A stretch of DNA of 64,000 nucleotides from Gammaproteobacteria bacterium (GTDB lineage: Bacteria; Pseudomonadota; Gammaproteobacteria; Ga0077536), in NCBI GenBank assembly GCA_963662545.2, contig CAXXLL010000003.1, positions 1,728,001 to 1,792,000 of the forward strand, given 5' to 3'. The position numbers were made by a program, and so were the translations under genes. Of the stretch, positions 32,488 through 42,785 are shown one piece after another. Under the pieces are notes generated by a model. It saw only the letters and a list, made by a program, of their open reading frames with translations. It ran no database searches and was not told where the DNA came from. Numbering within the stretch: the first letter of the stretch is position 1; each line of letters begins with the position of its first letter.

Positions 32488-33654
32488 GTGGCCGCCGATT
32501 TCGTGGGACAGCTTACCAGCGCGTTGGAAGCGCGTCGGTCCCGTGGACGTCTGCGTACACTCGAAACGCGTTCGGGCGCGCAGGGTGTCGACATCATCAT
32601 GGACGGTCGGCGCGTGGTGAATTTCGCGAGTAATGATTATCTAGGGCTTGCGAACGATCCGCGGATCATCGGGCGTGTCCACGCCGAACTCGATCGGCAT
32701 GGCTTTGGCAGTGGTGCAGCGGCCCTTTTGTCGGGGCGTTCACATTTGCACGTCGAACTCGAACGATGCTTCGCGCGCTTCACGGGGATGGAAGCTGCAC
32801 TGATGTTTTCGTCCGGTTACCTGGCCAACCTCGGCGCGATCGCAGCACTGGTCGAGCGGCGTTCGTTCGTGTTACATGATCGGCTGAACCACGCCTCCTT
32901 GATCGACGCGGTTATCGCGAGCGGCGCGCCGCATCGACGTTATCCCCACCTCGATATGGACAGTCTCGACAAGCGCCTGTCGTGCGCCCCGGATGCGATA
33001 AAATGGATCGTCACGGAATCAATATTCAGCATGGACGGCGATGTAGCGCCACTCGATGCCCTTACCCGGGTGTCCAGAAAACGTGCAGCAAGGCTCTACA
33101 TTGACGATGCTCACGGCTTCGGCGTAACCCATGGAGGACGCGGTGTATGCGGCGCCCTCACGGCCGCTGACCGTGCCGAATGCATCGTCATGGTGACCTT
33201 CGGCAAGGCGCTGGGATCCATGGGCGCCGTGATCCTCGCCTCTCAACAAGTCATCGATTATCTCGTGCAGACTGCGCGAACCTTTGTCTACGACACGGCG
33301 CTTCCGCCGGTGTGCGCCGCCGCCGCTCTGGAAGCGCTCTCAATACTCGACGAGAACGATCGAGCGACCCGAAAACTGGCGGATAACATCACCCATTTCC
33401 GCGCCGCTGCGGCGGCTGCCGGGTTGCCTTTGATGGACAGCAACACCCCGATCCAACCCGTAACCATCGGCGACGATGTGCGCGCCGTCGCCGTCGCCCG
33501 CGGTGTTTGCGAGGACGGATTCTACGTTCGCGCGATCCGCCCGCCGACGGTGCCGAACGGTACCGCGCGGATCCGCATCAGCTTGAGTGCGGCGCATCAG
33601 CGCCACCATTTGGAAGATCTCGCAACTTCGCTGGCGCATCGACTTTCGGTATGA
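32488..33654 (+). CDS. bioF: 8-amino-7-oxononanoate synthase
   Basis: SNDYLGL, FSMDGD, DDAH, TFGKALG, IRPPTVP. Confidence 0.95.
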   Translation: MAADFVGQLTSALEARRSRGRLRTLETRSGAQGVDIIMDGRRVVNFASNDYLGLANDPRIIGRVHAELDRHGFGSGAAALLSGRSHLHVELERCFARFTGMEAALMFSSGYLANLGAIAALVERRSFVLHDRLNHASLIDAVIASGAPHRRYPHLDMDSLDKRLSCAPDAIKWIVTESIFSMDGDVAPLDALTRVSRKRAARLYIDDAHGFGVTHGGRGVCGALTAADRAECIVMVTFGKALGSMGAVILASQQVIDYLVQTARTFVYDTALPPVCAAAALEALSILDENDRATRKLADNITHFRAAAAAAGLPLMDSNTPIQPVTIGDDVRAVAVARGVCEDGFYVRAIRPPTVPNGTARIRISLSAAHQRHHLEDLATSLAHRLSV

Positions 33655-34526
33655 CGTTAGTGCTGCAAAATGATGTCGACAAACGACGTGTCGCCGCCAC
33701 CTTCGAGAAAGCGGTATCGACTTACGATGAACACGATTTCCTGCAGCGTGAAGTGGCGGTACGGTCAATGGAACGTCTCGATTACGTTTCGCTGCAGGCG
33801 CGGCGCGTGTTGGACGTCGGCTCCGGAACCGGCCGTTGCGCGAGCGCCCTGGCGCGCCGGTATCGGCGCGCGTCCGTTCTGCAGTGCGACCTCGCCTGGG
33901 GGATGCTTCACCGTGCGCGCACTGGCGCAAGCAGGTTCTTCTCGCGACAAACCTATGTCTGCGCCGACGTCGAGCAGCTGCCACTCAAAGACGATGCTTT
34001 CGATCTGGCCTTCGCCAATCTCTCTCTGCAATGGTGCAGAGATCTAGGGCGGGCCTTTCGCGAAATCCATCGCGTGCTGGAGCCTGGCGGCCTGGTGTTG
34101 TTCACCACCTTCGGGCCCGATACTTTGAAAGAACTGCGCGCTGCCTGGGCGCAGATTTCGAACACGCCACACGTTCTCCGGTTTTTCGACATGCACGATG
34201 TCGGCGACGTGTTGGTCGCGAGCGGGTTCGCCGAGCCCGTGATGGAGACCGATTACATCACCGTGCAATACAACGACGTGATGACCTTGATGCGCGACCT
34301 GAAAGGGATCGGTGCGTCAAACTCGGTGATGGATCGCGGGCGCGGCCTGCTGGGACGACGTGCTCTGAAAGCCTTGATCGATGCATATGAATCCTGTCGA
34401 GACAAGGGTAGGCTCCCGGCCACCTATGAAGTCATCTACGGGCACGCCTGGGCGGCGGACGTGGTCGCAACGGGTCAGGGCGGGGGCGTACACACCTTTC
34501 CTCTCGAACGTCTGAGGCGCAGGTGA
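33651..34526 (+). CDS. bioC: Malonyl-ACP O-methyltransferase
   Basis: LDVGSGTG, TFGPDTLKEL, DMHDVGD, ATYEVIYG. Confidence 0.93.
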   Translation: MTLVLQNDVDKRRVAATFEKAVSTYDEHDFLQREVAVRSMERLDYVSLQARRVLDVGSGTGRCASALARRYRRASVLQCDLAWGMLHRARTGASRFFSRQTYVCADVEQLPLKDDAFDLAFANLSLQWCRDLGRAFREIHRVLEPGGLVLFTTFGPDTLKELRAAWAQISNTPHVLRFFDMHDVGDVLVASGFAEPVMETDYITVQYNDVMTLMRDLKGIGASNSVMDRGRGLLGRRALKALIDAYESCRDKGRLPATYEVIYGHAWAADVVATGQGGGVHTFPLERLRRR

Positions 34527-34530
34527 GGCC

Positions 34531-35226
34531 GTGCCTTTGTTCGTGACGGGTACGGACACCGGCTGCGGCAAAACCGTCGTCAGCTGCGCTTTACTCCGGG
34601 CGCTCGCACGGATGGACATACGCGCGATCGGGATGAAACCGGTGGCGACGGGCGCCAAGCGGGACGGTGAACGCTTGATCAATGAGGACGTGGAAGCGCT
34701 GCGGGCCGCTTCTTCGACGAGCTTACCGCCGGCGATTACCAACCCGTATATATTCGAGCCGCCGTGTTCTCCGCATATCGCGGCCGCTCAGGCTGGCACG
34801 CCCATCGAACTCGATCGCATAGCGACTGCCTATAAAGCCTGCATCGAAAAAGCGGACGAGGTGGTTGTTGAAGGCGTCGGTGGCTGGTGCGTACCGCTGG
34901 GAAACGATCTGTGGTTGGACGAGCTGCCGCGGGCACTCGAACTGCCCGTCCTGTTGGTCGTCGGGGTCAAGCTCGGCTGCATCAATCACGCGGTCCTCAC
35001 GGCCCAGGCTATCGAACGCAGCGGCGCGCGGCTGTTCGGGTGGGTGGCCAATGTACTCGAACCTTCACTGTTCGAACTCGAGACCGTCATCGAGACCTTG
35101 ACGGCGCACATACCGGCGCCCCGGCTCGCCGTGCTAGATTGGGCACCCGGCGCGACCCCCGCCGAACGGGCGCCGCATTTGGGGACGGTGGCCGCGAAAC
35201 TCTCGAGCGAGACGCCACTCGCCTGA
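34531..35226 (+). CDS. bioD: Dethiobiotin synthase
   Basis: FVTGTDTGCGKT, MKPVATG, VEGVGG, LGCINH. Confidence 0.95.
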   Translation: MPLFVTGTDTGCGKTVVSCALLRALARMDIRAIGMKPVATGAKRDGERLINEDVEALRAASSTSLPPAITNPYIFEPPCSPHIAAAQAGTPIELDRIATAYKACIEKADEVVVEGVGGWCVPLGNDLWLDELPRALELPVLLVVGVKLGCINHAVLTAQAIERSGARLFGWVANVLEPSLFELETVIETLTAHIPAPRLAVLDWAPGATPAERAPHLGTVAAKLSSETPLA

Positions 35227-35241
35227 ACGGGCGCAAAGGAC

Positions 35242-35724
35242 ATGGTGAGGCAACTGAACAGAGTCGCAGGCGAAGACGCTTGCTGGGTGTTCAAACCCAC
35301 CCGCTCGATGAGCTGGAAGCAGGCCAAGCGCTTCATCCTCTTCATCGCGATCGTGAGTTTCGGGATCGGAGGCTTTTTCCTGCTGCGCGGCCTGCCCCTG
35401 GTGCTGCCGTTTTCGGGGCTCGAGGTACTGGCCGTCGCGTTTGCCTTCTACCTCGTATTGCGGGACGGCGAGCGGCGCGAAGTCGTGCGGCTTTCAGGCG
35501 ACAGCCTGGTCATCGAAACGGGCTCGGTGGAAATGAAAGATCGCATTGAATTCAACCGGTTCTGGGTGCGGGTCAAACTTGAGAGTTCGCGCTATCGGTA
35601 TCACCCTTCACGCCTCGTCGTCGCCTCGCGGCACCGCAAGCTCGAGTTGGGCCGTTTTCTGAGCGAAGGAGAGCGCGAAACTTTCGCCAGAACGCTCATT
35701 AACGCGCTGGGGGAAAACCGGTAG
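35242..35724 (+). CDS. DUF2244-like membrane protein
   Basis: PTRSMS, two TMs, LPFSGLE, ELGRFL; typical position upstream of coxB. Confidence 0.8.
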   Translation: MVRQLNRVAGEDACWVFKPTRSMSWKQAKRFILFIAIVSFGIGGFFLLRGLPLVLPFSGLEVLAVAFAFYLVLRDGERREVVRLSGDSLVIETGSVEMKDRIEFNRFWVRVKLESSRYRYHPSRLVVASRHRKLELGRFLSEGERETFARTLINALGENR

Positions 35725-35873
35725 ACTATGCCGCTCAGCCGGCGTTGGGCGGTAGATTAAGACGGCGCAGGGGCGCTCCGCCGGACGTCCATCCAAACGA
35801 AACTAAGACACGAAATCCGGGCTTGGGCCGAGTCGGACAGGTTTTAGTGCGACGGTAGGGGGAAGCAATAAGC

Positions 35874-36758
35874 ATGACGTTCTCGATCGATACCGAACGC
35901 TGCAGAAAGCTCGCAATGGCAGGCAGCATTTGGTTGATGCCCTCGATCACCCTGGCGGATTGGGAGTTCAATCTGCCGCGCGGTGTCACACCGTACAGCA
36001 ACACGATCTACGATCTGCACATGCTCGTCACCGGCATCTGCGTCGTCATTGCCGTCCTCGTGTTCGGCACCATGTTTTACGCGATGTTCGCTTTCCGGAA
36101 GTCGAAGGGCGCCGAGGCCGTGCAATGGCACGAAAGTACCACGGTCGAAACCGTCTGGACCATTGTCCCGTTCATCATTCTCGTTTGCATAGCGATTCCG
36201 GCAACGCGCGCGTTGATCATGATGGAAGACGTTTCCGGCGCCGACATGACTATCAAGATCACCGGGTACCAATGGAAATGGCAATACGAGTACGTGGACG
36301 ACGGCATCAGTTTTTTCTCCACGATTACACGCGACGCGAACGTCGCGCGGCAATTAGGCTCAGGTATCGATCCCACGACGATCGATCACTATCTCCTTGA
36401 CGTCGACAAGCGCCTAGTCGTCCCGGTGGGCAAAAAAGTCCGTTATCTGACGACGGCGGCCGACGTGATCCACGCGTGGTGGGTGCCGGCACTCGGATGG
36501 AAACGCGATGCGATTCCCGGCTTCATCAACGAATCCTGGGCCTTGATCGAGGAACCGGGGGTCTACCGCGGACAATGTGCGGAGCTGTGTGGCAAGGACC
36601 ATGGATTCATGCCGATCGTGGTCGAAGCGGTCAGCGAAGAAGACTACGCCAAGTGGGTCCAGGAAATGCAGGCCGCCCAGGCTGATGCCGGCCAGTCCTG
36701 GAAGGCTGCGGCGACGGCCGTAGCTCAACGAGAACAAGAACGGGACACGCGTATCTGA
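35874..36758 (+). CDS. coxB: Cytochrome c oxidase subunit II
   Basis: GYQWKW, DVIHAW, CAELCGKDHGFM (CuA). Confidence 0.96.
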   Translation: MTFSIDTERCRKLAMAGSIWLMPSITLADWEFNLPRGVTPYSNTIYDLHMLVTGICVVIAVLVFGTMFYAMFAFRKSKGAEAVQWHESTTVETVWTIVPFIILVCIAIPATRALIMMEDVSGADMTIKITGYQWKWQYEYVDDGISFFSTITRDANVARQLGSGIDPTTIDHYLLDVDKRLVVPVGKKVRYLTTAADVIHAWWVPALGWKRDAIPGFINESWALIEEPGVYRGQCAELCGKDHGFMPIVVEAVSEEDYAKWVQEMQAAQADAGQSWKAAATAVAQREQERDTRI

Positions 36759-36835
36759 TAGGGAAATTCAAAGCGCCGGGCATCCCGCCGCCGATTGATA
36801 TCGAACGCCTAACAATCGTCTACGAGGGTAGATTC

Positions 36836-38431
36836 ATGAGTGAGGCAGCGGCCCACCACGATCATCATGACCATCATCCGTCCGGGATGATGCGATGGGT
36901 GACCACGACCAACCACAAGGACATCGGAACGATGTACCTGGTGTTCGCGCTGATCATGTTCTTCATCGGCGGGGCCATGGCGATGATCATCCGCCTGGAA
37001 CTGTTTCAACCGGGCATGCAGTTCGTCGAACCGCAGTTCTTCAATTCCATGACGACGATGCATGCCTTGGTCATGATTTTCGGCGTCGTGATGCCGGCGT
37101 GGACGGGGCTCGCCAACTGGCTGATTCCCATCATGATCGGCGCGCCGGACATGGCCTTGCCGCGCTTGAACAACTGGAGCTTCTGGATCCTGCCGTTCGC
37201 GTTTACCTTGTTGCTGTGCACGCTGTTTCTGCCCGGGGGCGCGCCGGCCGGTGGCTGGACGATGTATCCGCCGCTGGTATTGCAGACGGGTGCCGCTTTT
37301 CCCTTTCTGATTTTCGCCGTTCATTTTATGGGCGTATCATCGGTCGCCGGGGCGATCAACATCATTGCCACGACGTTCAACATGCGCGCGCCGGGCATGA
37401 GCTTAATGAAGCTGCCGCTGTTCGTGTGGACCTGGATCATCACGGCCTTTCTTCTGATCGCGTCGATGCCCGTGCTGGCCGGCGCGGTGACGATGCTGTT
37501 GACGGACAAGTTCTTCGGTACGGGGTTTTTCAGCGCAGCGGCCGGCGGCGATCCGGTCATGTTCCAGCACATTTTCTGGTTCTTCGGCCATCCTGAGGTC
37601 TATATCCTGATCCTGCCGGCCTTCGGGATCGTTTCCGCGATTCTGCCGACTTTCTGTCGCAAACCGTTGTTCGGCTACAGCTCGATGGTGTATGCGAGCG
37701 CCTTGATCGTATTCCTTTCGTTCATCGTCTGGGCGCATCACATGTTCACGGTCGGCATGCCGCTCGCCGGAGAGTTGTTCTTCATGTACACCACGATTCT
37801 GATCGCGGTGCCGACGGGCATCAAGATTTTCAACTGGATCGGGACGATGTGGAGGAGTTCGATGACCTTCGAGACCCCGATGCTCTTCGCGCTCGCCTTT
37901 CTCATTCTGTTTTCTATCGGCGGGTTTACCGGATTGATGCTCGGTGTGACGCCGGTGGATTTTCAGTACCACGACACCTACTTCGTCGTCGCACATTTTC
38001 ATTACGTGTTGGTGACCGGCGCGGTCTTTGCGATCTTCGCGGGAATTTACTTTTGGCTGCCGAAATGGACCGGCCATATATACGATGAAACGCTCGGAAA
38101 ATGGCATTTCTGGTTGTCGCTAGTTTCCGTCAACGTGCTGTTCTTCCCACAACATTTTCTCGGTCTCGCCGGAATGCCGCGGCGGATTCCCGACTACGCG
38201 GTCCAGTTCGCGGATTTCAACATGGTATCGAGTCTAGGCGCCTTCGTTTTCGGCGCGACGCAGATCCTGTTCGTCGTAATTGTCGTGAAGTGCGTTCGGG
38301 GCGGCGAGAAAGCGAGCGACCAGGTTTGGGAAGGGGCGCGTGGTCTGGAATGGACCCTGAGCTCACCGCCGGCCTACCATAGTTTTTCGACGCCGCCCGA
38401 GCCCTCGACCATCGAGGGTGGGATGCGCTAG
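36836..38431 (+). CDS. coxA: Cytochrome c oxidase subunit I
   Basis: WFFGHPEVY, WAHHM, AHFHYV. Confidence 0.97.
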   Translation: MSEAAAHHDHHDHHPSGMMRWVTTTNHKDIGTMYLVFALIMFFIGGAMAMIIRLELFQPGMQFVEPQFFNSMTTMHALVMIFGVVMPAWTGLANWLIPIMIGAPDMALPRLNNWSFWILPFAFTLLLCTLFLPGGAPAGGWTMYPPLVLQTGAAFPFLIFAVHFMGVSSVAGAINIIATTFNMRAPGMSLMKLPLFVWTWIITAFLLIASMPVLAGAVTMLLTDKFFGTGFFSAAAGGDPVMFQHIFWFFGHPEVYILILPAFGIVSAILPTFCRKPLFGYSSMVYASALIVFLSFIVWAHHMFTVGMPLAGELFFMYTTILIAVPTGIKIFNWIGTMWRSSMTFETPMLFALAFLILFSIGGFTGLMLGVTPVDFQYHDTYFVVAHFHYVLVTGAVFAIFAGIYFWLPKWTGHIYDETLGKWHFWLSLVSVNVLFFPQHFLGLAGMPRRIPDYAVQFADFNMVSSLGAFVFGATQILFVVIVVKCVRGGEKASDQVWEGARGLEWTLSSPPAYHSFSTPPEPSTIEGGMR

Positions 38432-38437
38432 CGGACC

Positions 38438-38563
38438 GTGACCGAGCATAGCGAACTACCCCTGGGGCACGAAGCGCAACGCCGCAGCGCGATACGGCTG
38501 GCGATCGTGCTGGCAGCACTCACCATCGTAATTTACGCTTTGGGGATCGTCTGGCGCCTGTAG
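38438..38563 (+). CDS. Small single-TM protein in the cox operon (41 aa)
   Basis: GTG..TAG: MTEHSELPLGHEAQRRSAIRLAIVLAALTIVIYALGIVWRL fills the coxA-ctaG gap. Confidence 0.65.
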   Translation: MTEHSELPLGHEAQRRSAIRLAIVLAALTIVIYALGIVWRL

Positions 38564-38567
38564 TTTG

Positions 38568-39143
38568 ATGGAAGCGACGCGAGAAGAGGCCAACCGACGT
38601 ACCGCAGTGAAGCTGCTCGCAGTGACTTGCCTGATGTTCGCCTTTGGCTACGCGCTCGTGCCCTTGTACAGCGTGTTCTGCGAGATCACCGGGCTCAACG
38701 GCAAGACCGGGCGCCTGTCGGCGGCGGAAGCTGCGCAGGTACAAGTCGATCTGAATCGTAGTGTCACGGTTGAGTTCGTGACCAGTGTCAATGCTGGCAT
38801 GCCGTGGGAATTCAGACCGCCGGCACGCAAGATCACCGTGCACCCGGGCGTCGCGACGACGGTCGAATTTGAAGCGACCAATTACGCGCAATTTCCCGTC
38901 ACCGGCATTGCCGTTCCGAGCGTTGCGCCGAACGAAGCGGCGCGCTATTTCAACAAGACCGAGTGCTTCTGTTTCACGCAGCAATCACTGGAACCGGGAG
39001 AATCCCGCAAGATGCCGGTCAGGTTCGTGGTCGATCCCAGGCTCCCGGAAAGAGTCGAGGTATTGAAGCTCGCCTACACCTTTTTCGAATCGGTTGAGAC
39101 CGCCAAAGTCAAGGCCGACAAACAGCGCTCACCGCGTTCCTGA
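38568..39143 (+). CDS. ctaG: Cytochrome c oxidase assembly protein CtaG/Cox11
   Basis: VPLYSVFCEITG, KTECFCF. Confidence 0.93.
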   Translation: MEATREEANRRTAVKLLAVTCLMFAFGYALVPLYSVFCEITGLNGKTGRLSAAEAAQVQVDLNRSVTVEFVTSVNAGMPWEFRPPARKITVHPGVATTVEFEATNYAQFPVTGIAVPSVAPNEAARYFNKTECFCFTQQSLEPGESRKMPVRFVVDPRLPERVEVLKLAYTFFESVETAKVKADKQRSPRS

Positions 39144-39183
39144 AGCTACCGCCGACACTATTCGACTAACAGAGACTATCGTC

Positions 39184-40059
39184 ATGGTTGAAGCACACTC
39201 CGATTACTACATCCCGGAACCGAGTCCGTGGCCGATGATCACATCCATTGCGATCTTTACAATGTTCGTCGGCGGCGCGACCCTGCTCAACGGAGCCAGT
39301 ATCGGACCGACGATACTGGGGGCGGGGTTCCTGCTGTTCGTCTTCACGCTGTTCGGCTGGTTCGGCACCGTCATAGAGGAAAGCGAAGGCGGTATCTACA
39401 ATGACCAGGTCGATGTCAGCTTCCGCATTTCCATGGGCTGGTTCATTTTTTCCGAGGTCATGTTTTTCGCAGCGTTTTTCGGTGCACTCTATTACTCAAG
39501 GATTTACTCGGTGCCGTGGCTCGCGGGCGAAGGCGCGGGGGCGGCGACGAATCAATTCCTATGGCCTGAATTCGCCGCGGCCTGGCCCTTGTTCGAAACG
39601 CCGTCCTCATATGGGTTTACGCAGTTCAAGGAGACGATCGGGGCATGGGGCGTCCCGTTCTACAACACGATGATCCTGCTTTCGAGCGGCGGCACGGTGA
39701 CCTGGGCGCACTGGGGGCTGAAGAAAGGCAGCCGGCAGCAACTCATCATCGGGCTTGCCCTAACGGTAATACTCGCGGTCTTGTTCGTGATTCTGCAGGT
39801 CCAGGAGTATGGCCACGCATTTCATGAACTGGGCCTGACCTTGAACTCGGGCATCTATGGGGCGACGTTTTTCATACTGACCGGATTTCACGGGTTTCAC
39901 GTGACGATGGGCGCCATCATGCTTTCCTGCATATTGGGGCGGTCGACCAAGGGTCATTTCACCGCCGAGCGCCATTTCGGCTTTGAAGCCGTCGCGTGGT
40001 ACTGGCATTTTGTCGACGTGGTCTGGCTGGGCCTGTTCATCTTCGTGTACTGGGTCTGA
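39184..40059 (+). CDS. coxC: Cytochrome c oxidase subunit III
   Basis: FIFSEVMFF, TGFHGFHV, WYWHFVDVVW. Confidence 0.96.
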   Translation: MVEAHSDYYIPEPSPWPMITSIAIFTMFVGGATLLNGASIGPTILGAGFLLFVFTLFGWFGTVIEESEGGIYNDQVDVSFRISMGWFIFSEVMFFAAFFGALYYSRIYSVPWLAGEGAGAATNQFLWPEFAAAWPLFETPSSYGFTQFKETIGAWGVPFYNTMILLSSGGTVTWAHWGLKKGSRQQLIIGLALTVILAVLFVILQVQEYGHAFHELGLTLNSGIYGATFFILTGFHGFHVTMGAIMLSCILGRSTKGHFTAERHFGFEAVAWYWHFVDVVWLGLFIFVYWV

Positions 40060-40156
40060 CGCTAGTACGCATCGGGGGAAGACGGGCGGCACAGGACGTG
40101 ACGCTTTTTTTCCCGGCCCGCTCGCGCGCAAAAGACCTTGGACGAATATTCGTTCG

Positions 40157-40375
40157 TCACCCGTTGGGCGAAAGGATTCCGAGCGCGCTCAAGATCATGA
40201 TCACGACGAACAGTGCAATCGACAAGGCGACTCGTACCGTAAGCACCTTCACCGTTGCCGTATCTTCCTGGTTACTGCCGCGGCTAAACAGGCTCCAACC
40301 GGCAGACCCCAGGGAAATCAGGATGAGCACGAATACGAAAACGACGAGAATTTTGGCAACGGGTAGATCGACCAT
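40157..40375 (-). CDS. Twin-TM small protein (DUF2909-like)
   Basis: ILISLGSA...LTVRVALSIALF; antisense between coxC and SURF1. Confidence 0.8.
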   Translation of the reverse strand: MVDLPVAKILVVFVFVLILISLGSAGWSLFSRGSNQEDTATVKVLTVRVALSIALFVVIMILSALGILSPNG

Positions 40376-40440
40376 CGGAGGATCGTGAAAGTCATGAATG
40401 TCATCATTATCGTCGATCGAACTTCGAAGCGACACTCAAG

Positions 40441-41163
40441 GTGATGCGGCATCTCATACTCTTTGCGACCTTCGGTACCGTGCTCGCGTTCCTGTGTGCC
40501 CTGGGGTTCTGGCAGTTGCATCGGGCGGAAGCGAAGCGCGTTCGTTACGACACCTTCACCGCGAGATTGAACGAGGCGGCCTTAGGCCTCGACTTGATCG
40601 AGCGGCACACGCCGGCGGCGGAATATCTCTGGCGCCGAACGGACGTAACAGGCCGCTACCTCGAGACGCAGGTGGTGGTCGATAACCGCATCCTCCGAGG
40701 TCAGGCGGGCTACGAAGTCTTGACGCCGTTCGTCTCCCTGGGCGGGCGCGCGGTGCTGATCAATCGAGGCTGGGTCCCCATGGGCGGGCGGCGCAACCAC
40801 GTGCCTGAAATCCCGGTACCTCAAGACGAGATCACGATCAGCGGTTTCTTCGGCCCCGAACCCGTCGTCGGTATCGAATTACCCGGTGCGAGTAGCGCGG
40901 CAGAGCGATTGAGCCCGCGTCTGATCAGGATACAGCGCCCCGTGATCAGAGAAATTGGGGATCTCCTCGGCCGCGAATTATGGCCTGCCTTGATCTACGT
41001 GAAAGCGGGAGCGGCGGGTGCATTAACGGTTGATTTCTCCCCGCCCGGCGATGGCTCGGCCAGGCACACGGCGTACGCGGTACAGTGGTTCAGTATGGCG
41101 GCCATACTAGCCGTCATTGGCTTGTGGAACCTGAGGCGGCGCGGGCGTGGCGCCGATGCCTGA
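40441..41163 (+). CDS. SURF1-family protein
   Basis: LGFWQLHRA, VLINRGWVP, HTAYAVQWF. Confidence 0.92.
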   Translation: MMRHLILFATFGTVLAFLCALGFWQLHRAEAKRVRYDTFTARLNEAALGLDLIERHTPAAEYLWRRTDVTGRYLETQVVVDNRILRGQAGYEVLTPFVSLGGRAVLINRGWVPMGGRRNHVPEIPVPQDEITISGFFGPEPVVGIELPGASSAAERLSPRLIRIQRPVIREIGDLLGRELWPALIYVKAGAAGALTVDFSPPGDGSARHTAYAVQWFSMAAILAVIGLWNLRRRGRGADA

Positions 41164-41734
41164 TTCCGAACCGCTGACGAACGCGCGCGCCCGGCCGACG
41201 ATTTTGGCATTGATCGGCATTTCCGTCTTGCCAATAGTCCTTGCTTGGTGGCTCGCGGTCGTACGCCCGCCCCTTGGCGAGGGCAAGCTGCTCAATCACG
41301 GGGCGCTCATTCGTCCGCCGATCGATATCGCGCAGACCCCGAAAACGAGGCCGCTCGAGGGAATCGAACTTGCACCGGGCGAGTGGGCCATGGTCTATGT
41401 CGGCGGCGGACCCTGTGAGGCGGCGTGCGAAGCGGTATTGAGCAAGCTGGTGACGATACGCGCTGTCCTCGGTCAGGGAGCAACCCGGGTACGGGTCGCG
41501 GCGCTCGTCGATGCAAGGGCCGGGACCGTAGCGGATGTAGTGCTCGTGACCCACCGCGAAGCGCGTTCGCTTGTCAGCACAACGCTCGGCGCCCGGGTCG
41601 CGGCTGACACGGAGCGTGGTATCGTGTTCCTGGACTGGCGCGGCCAAATCATGATGTATTTCGACGCCGATGCGCCGCCGGGAGACATCAAGAAAGACAT
41701 CAAGCGCCTGCTTCGCGCTTCGAAGATCAAATAA
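41147..41734 (+). CDS. Cox-operon membrane-anchored SCO/thioredoxin-like protein
   Basis: TM, NHGALIRPP, CEAAC, KDIKRLLRASKI. Confidence 0.75.
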   Translation: MAPMPDSEPLTNARARPTILALIGISVLPIVLAWWLAVVRPPLGEGKLLNHGALIRPPIDIAQTPKTRPLEGIELAPGEWAMVYVGGGPCEAACEAVLSKLVTIRAVLGQGATRVRVAALVDARAGTVADVVLVTHREARSLVSTTLGARVAADTERGIVFLDWRGQIMMYFDADAPPGDIKKDIKRLLRASKIK

Positions 41735-41735
41735 C

Positions 41736-42767
41736 ATGGCGGCGCTGTTCCGGCTGTTGTCCACCCTGCTGCCGACACTGGCGCTCCTCGTCATCGTGTT
41801 CGGCGCTTACGTGCGGCTGACGGACGCCGGTCTGGGTTGTCCCGACTGGCCTGGATGCTATGGGCGGCTGGGGGTGCCTGAAGCCGGCACCGACGTCCAT
41901 CTCGACGACCCCGCCTGGAACGCACGGCCGCTAGAATCCGGCAAGGCCTGGCGCGAGATGACGCACCGTTATCTGGCCAGCGCGCTCGGTCTCGGCATCG
42001 TGCTCATGGCCTTCGCGGCACGCAATCCCGCGCGGCAGGGCGAGTCGAACGTCGCCGTGTACCTGCTCGTACCCCTCGTCGTGTTTCAGGGTGTCCTCGG
42101 CATGTGGACAGTCACCCTGCTGTTGAAGCCGCTCGTGGTCAGCGCTCACTTACTGGGAGGACTCGCAACTCTGTCGCTGTTGTGGTGGAATTTTATCGGC
42201 ACCTACCGATGGGCTACGCCACCCCAGGCCCTCGAGAACCTTGCAAAAGATCGCGGTGAGAAAGCGAGGCTGGTCGACCGCGGCGGCTTGAGAAAAATCG
42301 CCTGGATGGCGCTCACGGTGCTTATCGTGCAGATATTTCTGGGCGGGTGGACCAGCGCAAACTACGCCGCGCTGGCCTGCACGGATTTTCCGACCTGCCA
42401 GGGACGGTGGTGGCCAAATACCGACTTTGGCGAAGCGTTCGACCTGTGGCGGGGAGGCGAGATCAATTACGAATTCGGCGTCTTGGATACGCCCGCTCGT
42501 ACCGCGATACACCTCGCCCACCGGCTCGGCGCTGCAGTCGCTGCCGCGCTTATCTTGGGCGCTGGTCTGGCCGCGCTCGCCGGGGGTTCCGCACGCCTGC
42601 GGCGAGTGGCTTGGTGTATACTCGCGGCGCTCGTATTCCAGCTTGTGATAGGCATTTCGAACGTGATCGGCGGACTGCCGCTCCCAGTCGCGGTTGCGCA
42701 CAACGCAGGGGCTGCCGCGCTGCTTTTGACCCTGATCACGCTGCTTCACGCGATCTACCAAGATTAA
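41736..42767 (+). CDS. ctaA: Heme A synthase (COX15/CtaA)
   Basis: AGLGCPDWPGC, EMTHR, AHLLGG, HLAHR. Confidence 0.93.
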   Translation: MAALFRLLSTLLPTLALLVIVFGAYVRLTDAGLGCPDWPGCYGRLGVPEAGTDVHLDDPAWNARPLESGKAWREMTHRYLASALGLGIVLMAFAARNPARQGESNVAVYLLVPLVVFQGVLGMWTVTLLLKPLVVSAHLLGGLATLSLLWWNFIGTYRWATPPQALENLAKDRGEKARLVDRGGLRKIAWMALTVLIVQIFLGGWTSANYAALACTDFPTCQGRWWPNTDFGEAFDLWRGGEINYEFGVLDTPARTAIHLAHRLGAAVAAALILGAGLAALAGGSARLRRVAWCILAALVFQLVIGISNVIGGLPLPVAVAHNAGAAALLLTLITLLHAIYQD

Positions 42768-42785
42768 AATTTTGAGGTCAGGATG

